Source of the DNA: Nostoc sp. DedSLP01
Lineage (GTDB): Bacteria; Cyanobacteriota; Cyanobacteriia; Cyanobacteriales; Nostocaceae
Reading direction: 5' to 3'
Length of the DNA stretch: 64,000 bases
Assembly: GCA_034530875.2 (NCBI GenBank)
Contig: JAVRCJ020000001.1
Span: forward strand, 64,001-128,000
A program made the position numbers and the translations under genes. Positions 50,701 to 60,820 of this stretch are shown here, in pieces (the stretch's first letter is position 1; each line of letters starts with the position of its first letter). Under the pieces are notes generated by a model that saw only the letters and a program-made list of their open reading frames with translations, did not search any database and was not told the origin of the DNA.

Positions 50701-51552
50701 TTATCTAGTTAAATTCAATAGAGATTCACAAAAATCTGATTTACTGCAATTAGTTAATCCCGTTCTTAAATACTTAATTGAGAATTCCTTAAAGCCTGGG
50801 TACTCGTTTAAGAAAATACGGTAGAAAGTAGCCTGATCCCCAGAGAGAATATAATCTTCTATGCCACCCTGACCAGCATAGTTAATCCAACGTGCCTGAA
50901 ACCTTACTTCTAAGAAATATAGTGTTGAGTATTGCTTCCACTTTGGATCAAGATTATTGTCGTATTGGTATAAAGCATCTTGCCAAGTACCACTGGAAAT
51001 TATAAATGTTGGAGAACGATATTTTATAGCATTTTCAGCCATGTGGATCTTTTCAAGACTGAAGTAGAATCCTGCTGTTCCATCCGAAGACTTTGGTACA
51101 TAATATTCACCTAACTTATTTAACTGAACATATATAGGGCCACAATAAGTACGGTGGCGAGATGCAAATGGTGTTTTAGGTAGGGAATTTGGTGTGTGAT
51201 TGAACCTTGTTTTTGAATTCTCTATTAAATAATTTTCGAGTTGAGGCAGGAAAAGTACTAGCTCAGATTTAGGCATTAATGGTGCTTGCCAATAGCGGAT
51301 TTTGACATCTTCTTGTCCACACTCTTCGACAAGTTGCTCAAAGGAATTTTTTCGATGATGTCCAATAAAACGAGTTTTTAAACATCCTGCTTGGCCTATA
51401 TAAGCTGTAGGTTCTTGATCTGTACCTATAAAATAAATGCCTCCGCATGTGGGAAGCGATTTTTTATCGATATATAAAATCCAGGGAAGTTTAGTTATGT
51501 TAATAGATTTAGCAGTAGCAATAATTTTAGAGGGGTATACTTTCTGTTTCAT
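50701..51552 (-). CDS. GIY-YIG nuclease domain protein with unrecognised C-terminal domain
   Basis: GGIYFIG...AYIGQAGCLKTRFIGHH...LENYLI...FN catalytic pattern. Confidence 0.8.
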   Translation of the reverse strand: MKQKVYPSKIIATAKSINITKLPWILYIDKKSLPTCGGIYFIGTDQEPTAYIGQAGCLKTRFIGHHRKNSFEQLVEECGQEDVKIRYWQAPLMPKSELVLFLPQLENYLIENSKTRFNHTPNSLPKTPFASRHRTYCGPIYVQLNKLGEYYVPKSSDGTAGFYFSLEKIHMAENAIKYRSPTFIISSGTWQDALYQYDNNLDPKWKQYSTLYFLEVRFQARWINYAGQGGIEDYILSGDQATFYRIFLNEYPGFKEFSIKYLRTGLTNCSKSDFCESLLNLTR

Positions 51553-51747
51553 TGTTTGATGTATAGCTAGCTATATTGCGAAAGATTTCAATCAGCCATT
51601 GCTATTTCTAGAATGCCCAAAATTTCCTCACGTATAACCCAATTCATTGCTACACATCCTACAAAATTAATTTCTAAGCTACATACAGCTATGGAGTTTA
51701 AGTGTATAAAGCGTTGTCATTTAATCCCTTAAAAAGGATATCAATAA

Positions 51748-51776
51748 CAAAATAAAAAGCCCACTAATGTGGGCTT
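51748..51776 (-). terminator. Rho-independent terminator of typA
   Basis: AAGCCCAC-loop-GTGGGCTT followed by a T-run on the minus strand. Confidence 0.75.
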
Positions 51777-51800
51777 CTTAGATTAATTCAGAATTTTTAC

Positions 51801-53591
51801 TTACCGTTTCGCTAACTTCTTCGCCATCTTCCGCAGACGAATTGATTGCGGTGTAACTTCCACTAATTCATCAGGGCCGATGTATTCCAAAGCACGTTCT
51901 AGGCTCATGTCTATTGGTGCTTGCAACTGCACGAGTTCATCGCCACCAGCAGCGCGGTGGTTGGTTAACTGCTTGGTTTTACAAACATTCAATTCCAAGT
52001 CTTGGGGACGATTGTGTTCGCCGACAATCATGCCTCTGTAAACTTTGGTGCCAGGAGTAATAAAGAACGATCCTCTATCTTCGGCGTTTCTCATGGCGTA
52101 GAAGGTAGCAACGCCTTCTTCAAAGGAGATTAAAACGCCTTTGTTGCGGGCTTCAATGTCGCCGCTGAGTTGACGGTAGTCGAGGAAGCTGTGGTTCATG
52201 ATGCCTTCGCCGCGAGTCATCCGCATAAATTCACCGCGGAAACCAATCAAACCACGGGCGGGGATGACAAACTCTAACTGAGTACGATCGCCACTACCGG
52301 GTTGCATATCTTGCATTTCGCCTTTGCGTTGTCCCAAGCGTTCGATACAGCTACCCACTGCATCAGCAGGTACGTCTAACACCAACAGTTCGTAAGGTTC
52401 GCAAGGTTGGCCGTTGACTTCGCGGTAAATTACCTGTGGCTGAGATACCTGAAACTCGAAACCTTCGCGGCGCATGGTTTCAATTAAGATACCCAAGTGC
52501 AATTCGCCACGACCGGAAACGAGGAATTTATCGGGAGAATCGGTTTCTTCTACCCGCAATGCCACGTTGGTTTCTAATTCGCGGAAAAGGCGATCGCGCA
52601 CTTGTCTTGATGTCACCAATTTGCCTTCTTGACCTGCAAAAGGCGAATCGTTCACCCAGAAGGTCATTTGCAAGGTTGGTTCGTCCACTTTAATTAGTGG
52701 TAAAGCTTGGGGTTCGTTGGGGTCTGTAATTGTTTCGCCAATGTTGGCATCTGCAAAACCAGCAACCGCGACAATATAACCTGCGGATGCTTCTTCCATC
52801 TCCACCCGCTTCAGCCCTTCAAAACCTAACAATTTGCTGATTTTAGACTTGACAATTGTGCCATTTTCTGTAACCAAGGCCGCTTGTTGTCCGGCACGAA
52901 TTACACCGTTGTGAATTCTGCCAATAACAATTCGTCCGAGATATTCAGAATAATCTAAAGTTGTGACTTGCAATTGCAGTGGTTTATTGACGTCGCCTAC
53001 GGGTGCTGGGACATGCTGGAGAATCGCTTCAAATAAAGGCTGCATGTCTACTGATTCTGCGTCTAGGTCTTTTTTGGCGTAACCTGCTAGACCTGAGGCA
53101 AACAGATAGGGAAAATCACACTGGTCTTCATCTGCGCCTAATTCCAAGAACAGATCCAATACTTTATCGATCGCACCGTAGGGATCGGCTTGGGGACGGT
53201 CGATTTTGTTGACGACAACAATGGGGCGCAGCCCTTTTTCTAAGGCTTTTTTGAGGACGAAGCGCGTTTGGGGCATGGGGCCTTCGTTAGCATCAACAAT
53301 GAGGATGCAACCGTCAACCATGCCGAGTACGCGTTCTACTTCGCCACCGAAGTCAGCGTGTCCGGGTGTATCAACAATATTAATCAGCGTTTCTTTGTAG
53401 CGAACCGCTGTGTTTTTAGACAAAATTGTAATTCCCCGTTCTCGTTCGAGGGCGTTGGAGTCCATGACGCAATCCGGAACGTCTTCACCTTCACGGAAAA
53501 TGCCGGACTGTTTGAGGAGTGCATCAACCAGGGTGGTTTTGCCGTGGTCAACGTGGGCGATAATTGCGACGTTGCGAATTGGGAGCGTCAT
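51801..53591 (-). CDS. typA: Translational GTPase TypA/BipA
   Basis: [45 protein letters not shown]. Confidence 0.97.
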   Translation of the reverse strand: MTLPIRNVAIIAHVDHGKTTLVDALLKQSGIFREGEDVPDCVMDSNALERERGITILSKNTAVRYKETLINIVDTPGHADFGGEVERVLGMVDGCILIVDANEGPMPQTRFVLKKALEKGLRPIVVVNKIDRPQADPYGAIDKVLDLFLELGADEDQCDFPYLFASGLAGYAKKDLDAESVDMQPLFEAILQHVPAPVGDVNKPLQLQVTTLDYSEYLGRIVIGRIHNGVIRAGQQAALVTENGTIVKSKISKLLGFEGLKRVEMEEASAGYIVAVAGFADANIGETITDPNEPQALPLIKVDEPTLQMTFWVNDSPFAGQEGKLVTSRQVRDRLFRELETNVALRVEETDSPDKFLVSGRGELHLGILIETMRREGFEFQVSQPQVIYREVNGQPCEPYELLVLDVPADAVGSCIERLGQRKGEMQDMQPGSGDRTQLEFVIPARGLIGFRGEFMRMTRGEGIMNHSFLDYRQLSGDIEARNKGVLISFEEGVATFYAMRNAEDRGSFFITPGTKVYRGMIVGEHNRPQDLELNVCKTKQLTNHRAAGGDELVQLQAPIDMSLERALEYIGPDELVEVTPQSIRLRKMAKKLAKR

Positions 53592-54025
53592 AGAAGCTTT
53601 GGGTGAACTTTTAAGGGAGTTTATAGATTTACATTGTGAATGCTAGGCTTTTCTAACAGAATTGGGGAAGATAGGCAAATTCTGTAAAGAACCTTTAATA
53701 ATTCTAGCGTAATCGTCACAATTGCGGAGAGTTTTATCTGGTGACAATAGCAGATGTGGGGTAATTGCGGTGTTAAGAAGATGCTGAAAAACTTGTACTA
53801 TCGGCAAATAGTAGTTTAGAAGGCGATTTTTAGCACTCAAGCATTAATCTTGCTAGCGATCGCAGCCTATCTTTTGCTGGAAAATCAATTAGTTTGAGCA
53901 GAGTTAGCAAGGTAGCGCTTGCACCTTTGCTTTTGATGCATGTAGAAACGTTGCAGTACAAAGTTCCTACTGAATTTAAGGTATATTTTAAAAATTAATA
54001 AAATAATACCAATAAAATAATTATT

Positions 54026-55414
54026 ATGATCTGTTGTATAAATCCTAATTGCGAAAATCCTCAAAATCCTGACGGAGCAAATTTTTGTCTTAGTTGCGGG
54101 GCAAAGTTGGTGCCTTTGCTCAGAAATCGTTATCGGATTCTCGGAATGTTAGGTAGAGGAGGATTTGCACGCACATATATTGCAGAAGATATAGACAAGC
54201 TCAACGAACAATGTGTAGTGAAGCAATTAGTTTTAAGCCAATTTTATGGCTCTCAAGGTACTGACGCACATAAAAAAGCAACTGAGTTGTTTGAGCGAGA
54301 AGCCAAACGTCTCAAAGAACTAGGCGAACACGTGCAAGTTCCTAATTTATATGCATATTTTAAAGAAGGTGAATATCTATATTTAGTGCAGCAGTTTATT
54401 GAAGGACAAAATCTGTTGCAAGAGTTGAAACAGCAGGGGGTTTTTAATGAAGCAAAGATTCGAGAATTTTTGCACGATTTATTATCTGTGCTAGTAGCAA
54501 TACATCAACAAGAGATAATTCACCGAGATCTGAAGCCAGAAAATATTATTCGCCGTCGCAATGATGGAAAGTTAGTATTAATTGATTTTGGAGTATCAAA
54601 GCAAAAGAGGGAAACTACAAACACTGCTCTGGGGACAATTATTGGTTCCTTGGGATACGCACCCATTGAGCAAATGCAATTTGGTAAAGTCTTTCCATCC
54701 AGCGACCTCTACAGTTTAGGAATAACTTGCTTTCATCTATTAACTAATGTCTCTCCGTCGAGTTTGTGGATCAAACAAGGCTATAGTTGGACTTCTAGTT
54801 GGCAACAACATTTAAATCAAACCATCAGCCATGAATTAGAGTTAATTATCGATAAATTAATTCAAGAAAATTACGAACAGCGGTATCAGTCTGCACAAGC
54901 TGTATTGCAAGACTTAAATAACTTACCGAGTTTGAAACAGACATTACCTCCTACGGTGCTTTCGCAGTCTGGAGTATTACAAACAGAACAAAAAGTTCAA
55001 CACAAAATTCAACACAAATCAACTGCACCTGGATATATACCATTATTCTCTAATACTCAACTCTTATCGGGAGCAGTAATTGCTGGAACTGGGAGTTCTT
55101 TTTTGGCGATCGCTCTTATTAGTTTTCTCGGCACTACTTGGATTAGTTCGGGATTGTGGTTGCTAATTTTAGGAGGGTTACTATTTATTCAATCTCGTTC
55201 CCTTGTGGAAAAAACTTATTTAATTCTTATTGCAATAATAGTAAATTTAATTGTTATATTAACTTTTAAAAATTTGCTAGCTAAGAATCTTTTACAATCT
55301 GGTATAAATGGGTTACTACTTGTATTTTTATTAATTATTCTTGCCGGGGTTTTAACAGTTATTATTGTCGGTATATGGGAAATAATAAATAAATTGATTT
55401 CTACATATTTTTAG
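54026..55414 (+). CDS. Ser/Thr protein kinase with 4-Cys prefix and about four C-terminal TM helices
   Basis: CINPNC...CLSCG, LGRGGF, HRDLKPEN, DFG, GYAPIEQ. Confidence 0.92.
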   Translation: MICCINPNCENPQNPDGANFCLSCGAKLVPLLRNRYRILGMLGRGGFARTYIAEDIDKLNEQCVVKQLVLSQFYGSQGTDAHKKATELFEREAKRLKELGEHVQVPNLYAYFKEGEYLYLVQQFIEGQNLLQELKQQGVFNEAKIREFLHDLLSVLVAIHQQEIIHRDLKPENIIRRRNDGKLVLIDFGVSKQKRETTNTALGTIIGSLGYAPIEQMQFGKVFPSSDLYSLGITCFHLLTNVSPSSLWIKQGYSWTSSWQQHLNQTISHELELIIDKLIQENYEQRYQSAQAVLQDLNNLPSLKQTLPPTVLSQSGVLQTEQKVQHKIQHKSTAPGYIPLFSNTQLLSGAVIAGTGSSFLAIALISFLGTTWISSGLWLLILGGLLFIQSRSLVEKTYLILIAIIVNLIVILTFKNLLAKNLLQSGINGLLLVFLLIILAGVLTVIIVGIWEIINKLISTYF

Positions 55415-55480
55415 TATTGGTTAATATTAAATATTATCTTTTTGCTTTTGAAAAACTTTGTAGGATTTAGGAAATTATTT

Positions 55481-56941
55481 ATGACAAATAACAAAGAAAA
55501 TTTTAAACTTCTGATTTCTTTAGGAATAGCTGGAATCCTAGTAGCAGTTCTTTTCTGGTTAATTAGCAAACTTTCTTCTACTATTGTACCAGTATCAAAC
55601 CCAATATCAACTTCATCTTCAATACCAAATAAGTCTTCATTCATGAATTTGGGGACAAAAATTCTGGTAAAAGTACAAACATCTCCGGAAAAAACAGATG
55701 GAGTTAAGGCTTTTGAAGAAAAAAAATTCGCCACGGCTGTAGACAAATTTACTGTATCTCTGAAAAATAATCCCAACGATCCAGAGACTTTAATTTATTT
55801 AAATAATGCCAAAATTGCTCAAGATAATTCAGAAATTATCAAAGTAGCAGTCATTGCACCAATTAATTTCGATCAGAATTTATCAGAAGAAATTTTGCGT
55901 GGTGTGGCTCAAGCTCAAAATGAAGTTAATTCTCAAGGCGGAATTAATGGTAAAAAATTGCAAATTGTAATTGCCAGTGCTGAGAATCGGGAAGATTTTG
56001 CCAAGCTAGATAATGAATTAGTTGAAGACAAGACCCTTGTCGCCGCAGTAGGCGTGAGACGCGATCCTGCAATTTATAATCAGAAAAAGCTGGTATTAGT
56101 CTTGCCTGTAGAGCGTCCAAATCAAGCAGAAAATACAGAAAGGTTAGAGCAAAATTCAGTAAATAGTCAGCAGAATACTGCCAAAAATAACTACTTGTTT
56201 CATGTAAACCCGCTATATGATACTTTAGTAGATACTCATGCTCGCTACATTGCTAGACAAGCAAGAAATGTTGCTATTTGTGGCGATATTCCTAGCTCGA
56301 GAAATAATTCAAGTTTTTCATCTAATCAGGTTCTTATAGAACAGTACGCCCAAGCTCTAGAAAAATATGGAAGTAAAGTTATTAGTACGCCTTGTAATTT
56401 AGCAGATAAGAATTTTGATTCTAGAGCTTTTGTGGATAAAGCTATAGAAACAGAAAATACCAGTGGTTTTTTACTACTACCTTCATTCAGAAGTATATAT
56501 TTTGCTACTAAAGTTGGACAAGCGATTAGAGGCAGAAAACCACTGTTTGCTTCCGAAAGTATGTATAGTGCAACAACTTTACAAAACGGTGAAGATGTCC
56601 AAGGAATGGTACTACCCGTATATTGGCATCGTGATGCGAATAAAAATAACCCATTTGCGGAAAATGCTTTTCGGCTGTGGAATGCACGCGTAAATCAGAG
56701 AACAGCAGGAGCTTATGACGCGATGCAGGTAATTATCGCTGGCTTGAAACAAGATACCACCCGCGAAGGCTTGCAAAAGGTGCTGTCTAATCGTGATTTT
56801 TCAACTTCTGGAGCCACAGGAACGATTATGTTTTCGTCTTCAGGTGAGCGTCAAGGAGAAGCTTTGCTAGTTAAAATTGAGCGTTGCGAACGCTGTTCTT
56901 CTGGAACTGATTATGATTTTGTGCTGTTGAACAAGAAGTAA
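55481..56941 (+). CDS. Membrane-anchored LivJ-type substrate-binding protein with short TPR-like segment
   Basis: N-terminal [24 protein letters not shown]...GGING; AYDA; GATG. Confidence 0.82.
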   Translation: MTNNKENFKLLISLGIAGILVAVLFWLISKLSSTIVPVSNPISTSSSIPNKSSFMNLGTKILVKVQTSPEKTDGVKAFEEKKFATAVDKFTVSLKNNPNDPETLIYLNNAKIAQDNSEIIKVAVIAPINFDQNLSEEILRGVAQAQNEVNSQGGINGKKLQIVIASAENREDFAKLDNELVEDKTLVAAVGVRRDPAIYNQKKLVLVLPVERPNQAENTERLEQNSVNSQQNTAKNNYLFHVNPLYDTLVDTHARYIARQARNVAICGDIPSSRNNSSFSSNQVLIEQYAQALEKYGSKVISTPCNLADKNFDSRAFVDKAIETENTSGFLLLPSFRSIYFATKVGQAIRGRKPLFASESMYSATTLQNGEDVQGMVLPVYWHRDANKNNPFAENAFRLWNARVNQRTAGAYDAMQVIIAGLKQDTTREGLQKVLSNRDFSTSGATGTIMFSSSGERQGEALLVKIERCERCSSGTDYDFVLLNKK

Positions 56942-57027
56942 TTTGGAAGTAGAAAGAATTTAACATTTATCAAACAGAATTCAGGAGTCAGGAGCCAGAA
57001 TTCAGTTGGGTATTTTGTACGACTAGC

Positions 57028-57114
57028 GGATAGGACTATTAATGAATGTTCTGGTTTATATAGTAGATATTCCAGAGAAATAGGCGAACCGAGGTAACCA
57101 AGTAAACGGCACAT
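57028..57114 (-). pseudogene. egtC: 5' remnant of an EgtC-like class II glutamine amidotransferase gene
   Basis: [27 protein letters not shown] matches the EgtC N-terminus; reading then runs into heptamer repeats. Confidence 0.7.
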
Positions 57115-57376
57115 GATTAAAGTATCTGCTCCCAATAGTTTTATAGAATAAACTTTGTTAGTGAGAATGAGCTAATTTCTTAATATATTTGCCCTATTCT
57201 CGCAAACAAGTGCTGCCTCATGTTATCTTATTCGCCTCCTAACCATCCAAAAGATTTAGCTAACCAATGGTTTTACGTAAACTTGTATTACATCTGTTAT
57301 AAATACTAAAAATAGCTATATTTTGACCTAATTTTCAACTAGGGATAAATAAACGAATGTTTACGTAACCTTTTAT

Positions 57377-58132
57377 ATGGATATTTCACCATCTATCAAA
57401 AGAATAGTTGAGCAACAGCCTTATCCGCTTTTATTTGCTACGATTAGCGGTTCTCATTTATATGGTTTTCCATCACCAGATTCGGATTATGATTTGCGTG
57501 GCGTGCATATTTTACCAGTACCAGAAGTGGTGGGATTAGATACTGGGACTGAAACTATTGAAATCTCAGAAATTCGCGAATCTTTAGAAATTGATTTAGT
57601 AACTCACGATATCAAGAAATTCTTTTTGCTGCTGCTAAAAAAGAATGGCTATGTATTAGAACAACTTTATTCACCTTTAATATTAAAAACTACACCAGAA
57701 CATGAAGAATTAAAAATTATTGCCCAAGATTGCATTACTCGCCATCACAGCCATCATTACTTTGGATTCGCCACAACTCAATGGAAACTTTTTGAAAAAG
57801 AACAGCCACATCGAATTAAGCCGCTACTTTATATTTATCGAGTAATGTTGACTGGTATTTATCTGATGCAAACAGGAAGTGTAGAAGCTAATTTAGTTAA
57901 ACTGAATGAAGTTTTTAATTTACCTTATATTCCCGATTTAATCGCACAAAAATTGGCAGAGGGAGAAAAGTCTACTTTGTCAAATGTCGATTTAGCTTTT
58001 CATCAACAAGAGTATGAACGATTGCGCGATCGCTTGCAAGAGGCATACGAAGCTAGTACCCTACTTGAAGCACCTACGGCGAAGGTAGCTTTACATAATT
58101 TGCTGCTAAAGTTGAGAGTTAAAAATTATTAG
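57377..58132 (+). CDS. Pol-beta superfamily nucleotidyltransferase (YcgL/RlaP-like)
   Basis: SGSHLYGFPSPDSDYDLRG (GS...DxD) motif; KPLLYIYR. Confidence 0.85.
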   Translation: MDISPSIKRIVEQQPYPLLFATISGSHLYGFPSPDSDYDLRGVHILPVPEVVGLDTGTETIEISEIRESLEIDLVTHDIKKFFLLLLKKNGYVLEQLYSPLILKTTPEHEELKIIAQDCITRHHSHHYFGFATTQWKLFEKEQPHRIKPLLYIYRVMLTGIYLMQTGSVEANLVKLNEVFNLPYIPDLIAQKLAEGEKSTLSNVDLAFHQQEYERLRDRLQEAYEASTLLEAPTAKVALHNLLLKLRVKNY

Positions 58133-58187
58133 TTAGGAGTTAAGAGTTTTGCATTCATTCGCTTGCAACTCTTGACTCCTAATTGTT

Positions 58188-58568
58188 TTACAACTTCAAA
58201 TTCCAAGCAGCAAAAGCTAAAGCACCCCAACCAATAATAAAGGCTACGCCGCCTAATGGTGTAATTGCTCCTAAGGATTTTATACCAGTTAAGCTCAGAG
58301 CGTATAAACTTCCTGAGAAAATAGCAATACCAATGATAAATAACCAGCCACTCACTACAAGAATGGGTTGAGGAAATTCGGTGCGACTAATTAATAATGC
58401 TACGAGAAAAAGTGCTAGAGCATGATACATTTGATAACGAGCGCCAGTTTCAAAAATTTCTAGCGATCGCTCGCTAATTTTGTCTCGCAAAGCATGGGAA
58501 GCAAAAGCACCAGCAGCAACTGACAAACCGCCTAAAACAGCAGCTAGGCTTAAAAAAATTTGCGTCAT
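58188..58568 (-). CDS. DUF423 family membrane protein
   Basis: GAFASH, FETGARYQMYHALAL, FSGSLY, GAITPLGG. Confidence 0.92.
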   Translation of the reverse strand: MTQIFLSLAAVLGGLSVAAGAFASHALRDKISERSLEIFETGARYQMYHALALFLVALLISRTEFPQPILVVSGWLFIIGIAIFSGSLYALSLTGIKSLGAITPLGGVAFIIGWGALAFAAWNLKL

Positions 58569-58689
58569 TACACTTAGCTCTCAGATGGGCATTGCGCATT
58601 GGCCATTGGGTATGGCGTATTAGTTTTAGACTAATGACCAATGACTACTATTGTACAGACGCGATTAATCGCGTCTCTACTAATGACTA

Positions 58690-59169
58690 TTAGACATCAA
58701 AATGATATGATATAGCCCCTTCTTCATTGACTTTAAAATTTGCATTGAATTCTTTAGCTTTTTTGTCTAAATATTGTCTGGCGTCAGCTGCGGGTAGTTG
58801 TGATTGCATAGCAAAGGCTAAAACAGTCACACGCCCTTGATTTTCTAATAGCATCTGATAAAAAAGAGATTGTAAGCGATCGCTGCGTTGTTGATTAAGT
58901 GCTTTTTTCTCTTGCCGACTTTGACGATATAATCCCAATGCTAACCATGCACCCAGCGTGAAACTAGGAACGCCAAAAATTAGACCACCAACAGCAGTAT
59001 TATCATTTGCATAAGTAGGATTTGGTGCAGGAAAATCAGTCCCCTCTGGTACTGGAATGGCCGTTCCACTGGTAGCAAATTTTTCTAATGCTGCTGATGC
59101 TGATAGCGTTAAAAACATGAATCCGAGTGTCAGTAGCCAACCAGCAGCCAATTTTTCAGCAGTTTTCAT
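58690..59169 (-). CDS. Conserved cyanobacterial membrane protein
   Basis: Two TM segments; C-terminal GRVTVL...YLDKKAKEFNA...YHF. Confidence 0.75.
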   Translation of the reverse strand: MKTAEKLAAGWLLTLGFMFLTLSASAALEKFATSGTAIPVPEGTDFPAPNPTYANDNTAVGGLIFGVPSFTLGAWLALGLYRQSRQEKKALNQQRSDRLQSLFYQMLLENQGRVTVLAFAMQSQLPAADARQYLDKKAKEFNANFKVNEEGAISYHFDV

Positions 59170-59654
59170 AGTTCCACTTCAGATTTACACTTTGCTTGCT
59201 AGAGATTCTAACCTGACTTTAGTAGAGGTTCCAGTATAAAAATCTATTCCCTAAGACAGTTTTTTAGCGACGTTGTGCCCCAGGCTAACGCACCGTACTT
59301 TAACTATAAGAATCGGGTTGGATTTGGAGAATTTATTTGTGTAGACAGGGAGTAGGGAGTAGGACAGAAGCCTTGTCTGGATGTAGTGATTTTTTTCATG
59401 CAATCAAATGGGAATCCTATATTACTAAACTAATTTTTTTTGATGGGGAGATTTGATAATAAACATTCATGTTCTACTCAAAAGATGAGGGAGCATTAAA
59501 ACTAAAAATTTCAAGCTCTGAAGTTCAAAGTTGTTCATCTCCCCTTTGTCCCTGAAGCGTTCCCCATTCTCCACTTGCTTATTCCCCATCTGACCTAACA
59601 CTCGTATGATCGAGATATCAGCAACGTATAACAACCAGATTTTTACCGTAAAAC

Positions 59655-60515
59655 ATGGGCAGCATTTGGGAAATAGATTTTTACTCTCGTCCGATTTTAG
59701 ACGCTAATCAAAAAAAAGTCTGGGAAGTCTTAGTCTGTGAAAGTCCTTTGGATATCAAGACACAACCAGATTCTTTGTTTCGTTATGCTCAATATTGCTC
59801 CAGTAGCGAGGTAAATTCGGGCTGGCTGCGGACGGCGTTACAGGAGGCTATTAACCAAGCTGGAAAAGCACCAATTAAAATTCGCTTTTTCCGCCGCCAA
59901 ATGAACAATATGATTACCAAGGCTTGCCAAGACTTGGGCATTCCCGCCCAGCCTAGCCGCCGCACTTTCGTTCTCAACCAATGGTTAGAACAGCGGATGC
60001 AGGAAGTGTATCCTCAAGAACCGGGATACCAAGGCGGAACTAATCCCTCTGTCCGGTTAGAGAAACCTTTACCGCAACGTTTACCAGATGCTTTGGAAGG
60101 GCAGCAGTGGATATTTGTCAGCTTAACAGCTGGGGATTTGGCGGAGATGCCAGAGTGGGAAATTGACTTTGGCGAAGCTTTCCCGCTAGAGTTTGCCCAA
60201 GTATCCCCTGAAACCCGTATTCCTGGTGTTTTGATTTTCTCACCTAGAGCGTTGCCTTTGGCGGGTTGGATGTCTGGTTTGGAGTTGGCTTTCTTGAAAG
60301 CTGACACTAGCCAGGAGGCAAGATTGCTTTTAGAAACTGGTGTTAGTGAAAGCTGGATTGTGGCAAATCTCAAAAAGCCTCAAATTTTAGCAGAAGCCAA
60401 AGGTTTTGAAGAAGCCAAGCAAAACGCGAATGGCGTACATTTTCTGGGCATACAGTCCAATCCGCAAGCGCAATCATTTGCTGGTTTTTGGCTCTTGCAG
60501 GAGGTTAATCTTTGA
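59655..60515 (+). CDS. Tab2/Atab2 family RNA-binding protein
   Basis: WEIDFYSRPILD...KKVWE...FFRRQM...FAGFWLL. Confidence 0.9.
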   Translation: MGSIWEIDFYSRPILDANQKKVWEVLVCESPLDIKTQPDSLFRYAQYCSSSEVNSGWLRTALQEAINQAGKAPIKIRFFRRQMNNMITKACQDLGIPAQPSRRTFVLNQWLEQRMQEVYPQEPGYQGGTNPSVRLEKPLPQRLPDALEGQQWIFVSLTAGDLAEMPEWEIDFGEAFPLEFAQVSPETRIPGVLIFSPRALPLAGWMSGLELAFLKADTSQEARLLLETGVSESWIVANLKKPQILAEAKGFEEAKQNANGVHFLGIQSNPQAQSFAGFWLLQEVNL

Positions 60516-60639
60516 GAATGGGGAATGGGGAATGGGGAGATGGGGAATGGGGAAGTGTGGGGAGTGTGGGGAGAGAGGGGCAGGGGGGACAGAGGGGGCA
60601 GGGGAAAACTAATGACTAATGACTAATGACTAATGACCA
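60516..60639. repeat. STRR heptamer and nonamer runs
   Basis: GAATGGG, GTGTGGGGA and AATGACT tandem units. Confidence 0.85.
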
Positions 60640-60820
60640 AAAATTGCGATCGCTAACAAACGTTAAGACATGGCAATGATTTGGGATAATTATCTGCGTC
60701 CATCAGCGTCGATCGCTGGTTGAAAATTGCAACTGCGATCGGGTGCTGATGATTTTTGGATAATTATCTGCGTCTGTTGGCGTTGATATGGGGTTCAAAA
60801 TCCACAATTCACTAAGGGTC

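Noticed and set aside
52436..53646. Antisense ORFs over typA, and similar shadow ORFs over other long genes
   Set aside because: Shadows of real genes with no independent motifs
57276..57292. NtcA-like site GTA...TAC upstream of the nucleotidyltransferase
   Set aside because: Spacing is N9, not the canonical GTA-N8-TAC
60684..60774. Direct repeat GGATAATTATCTGCGTC twice, 74 bp apart, as a mini-CRISPR
   Set aside because: Only two copies and the flanks are also similar; better explained as a degenerate tandem duplication of a small repeat
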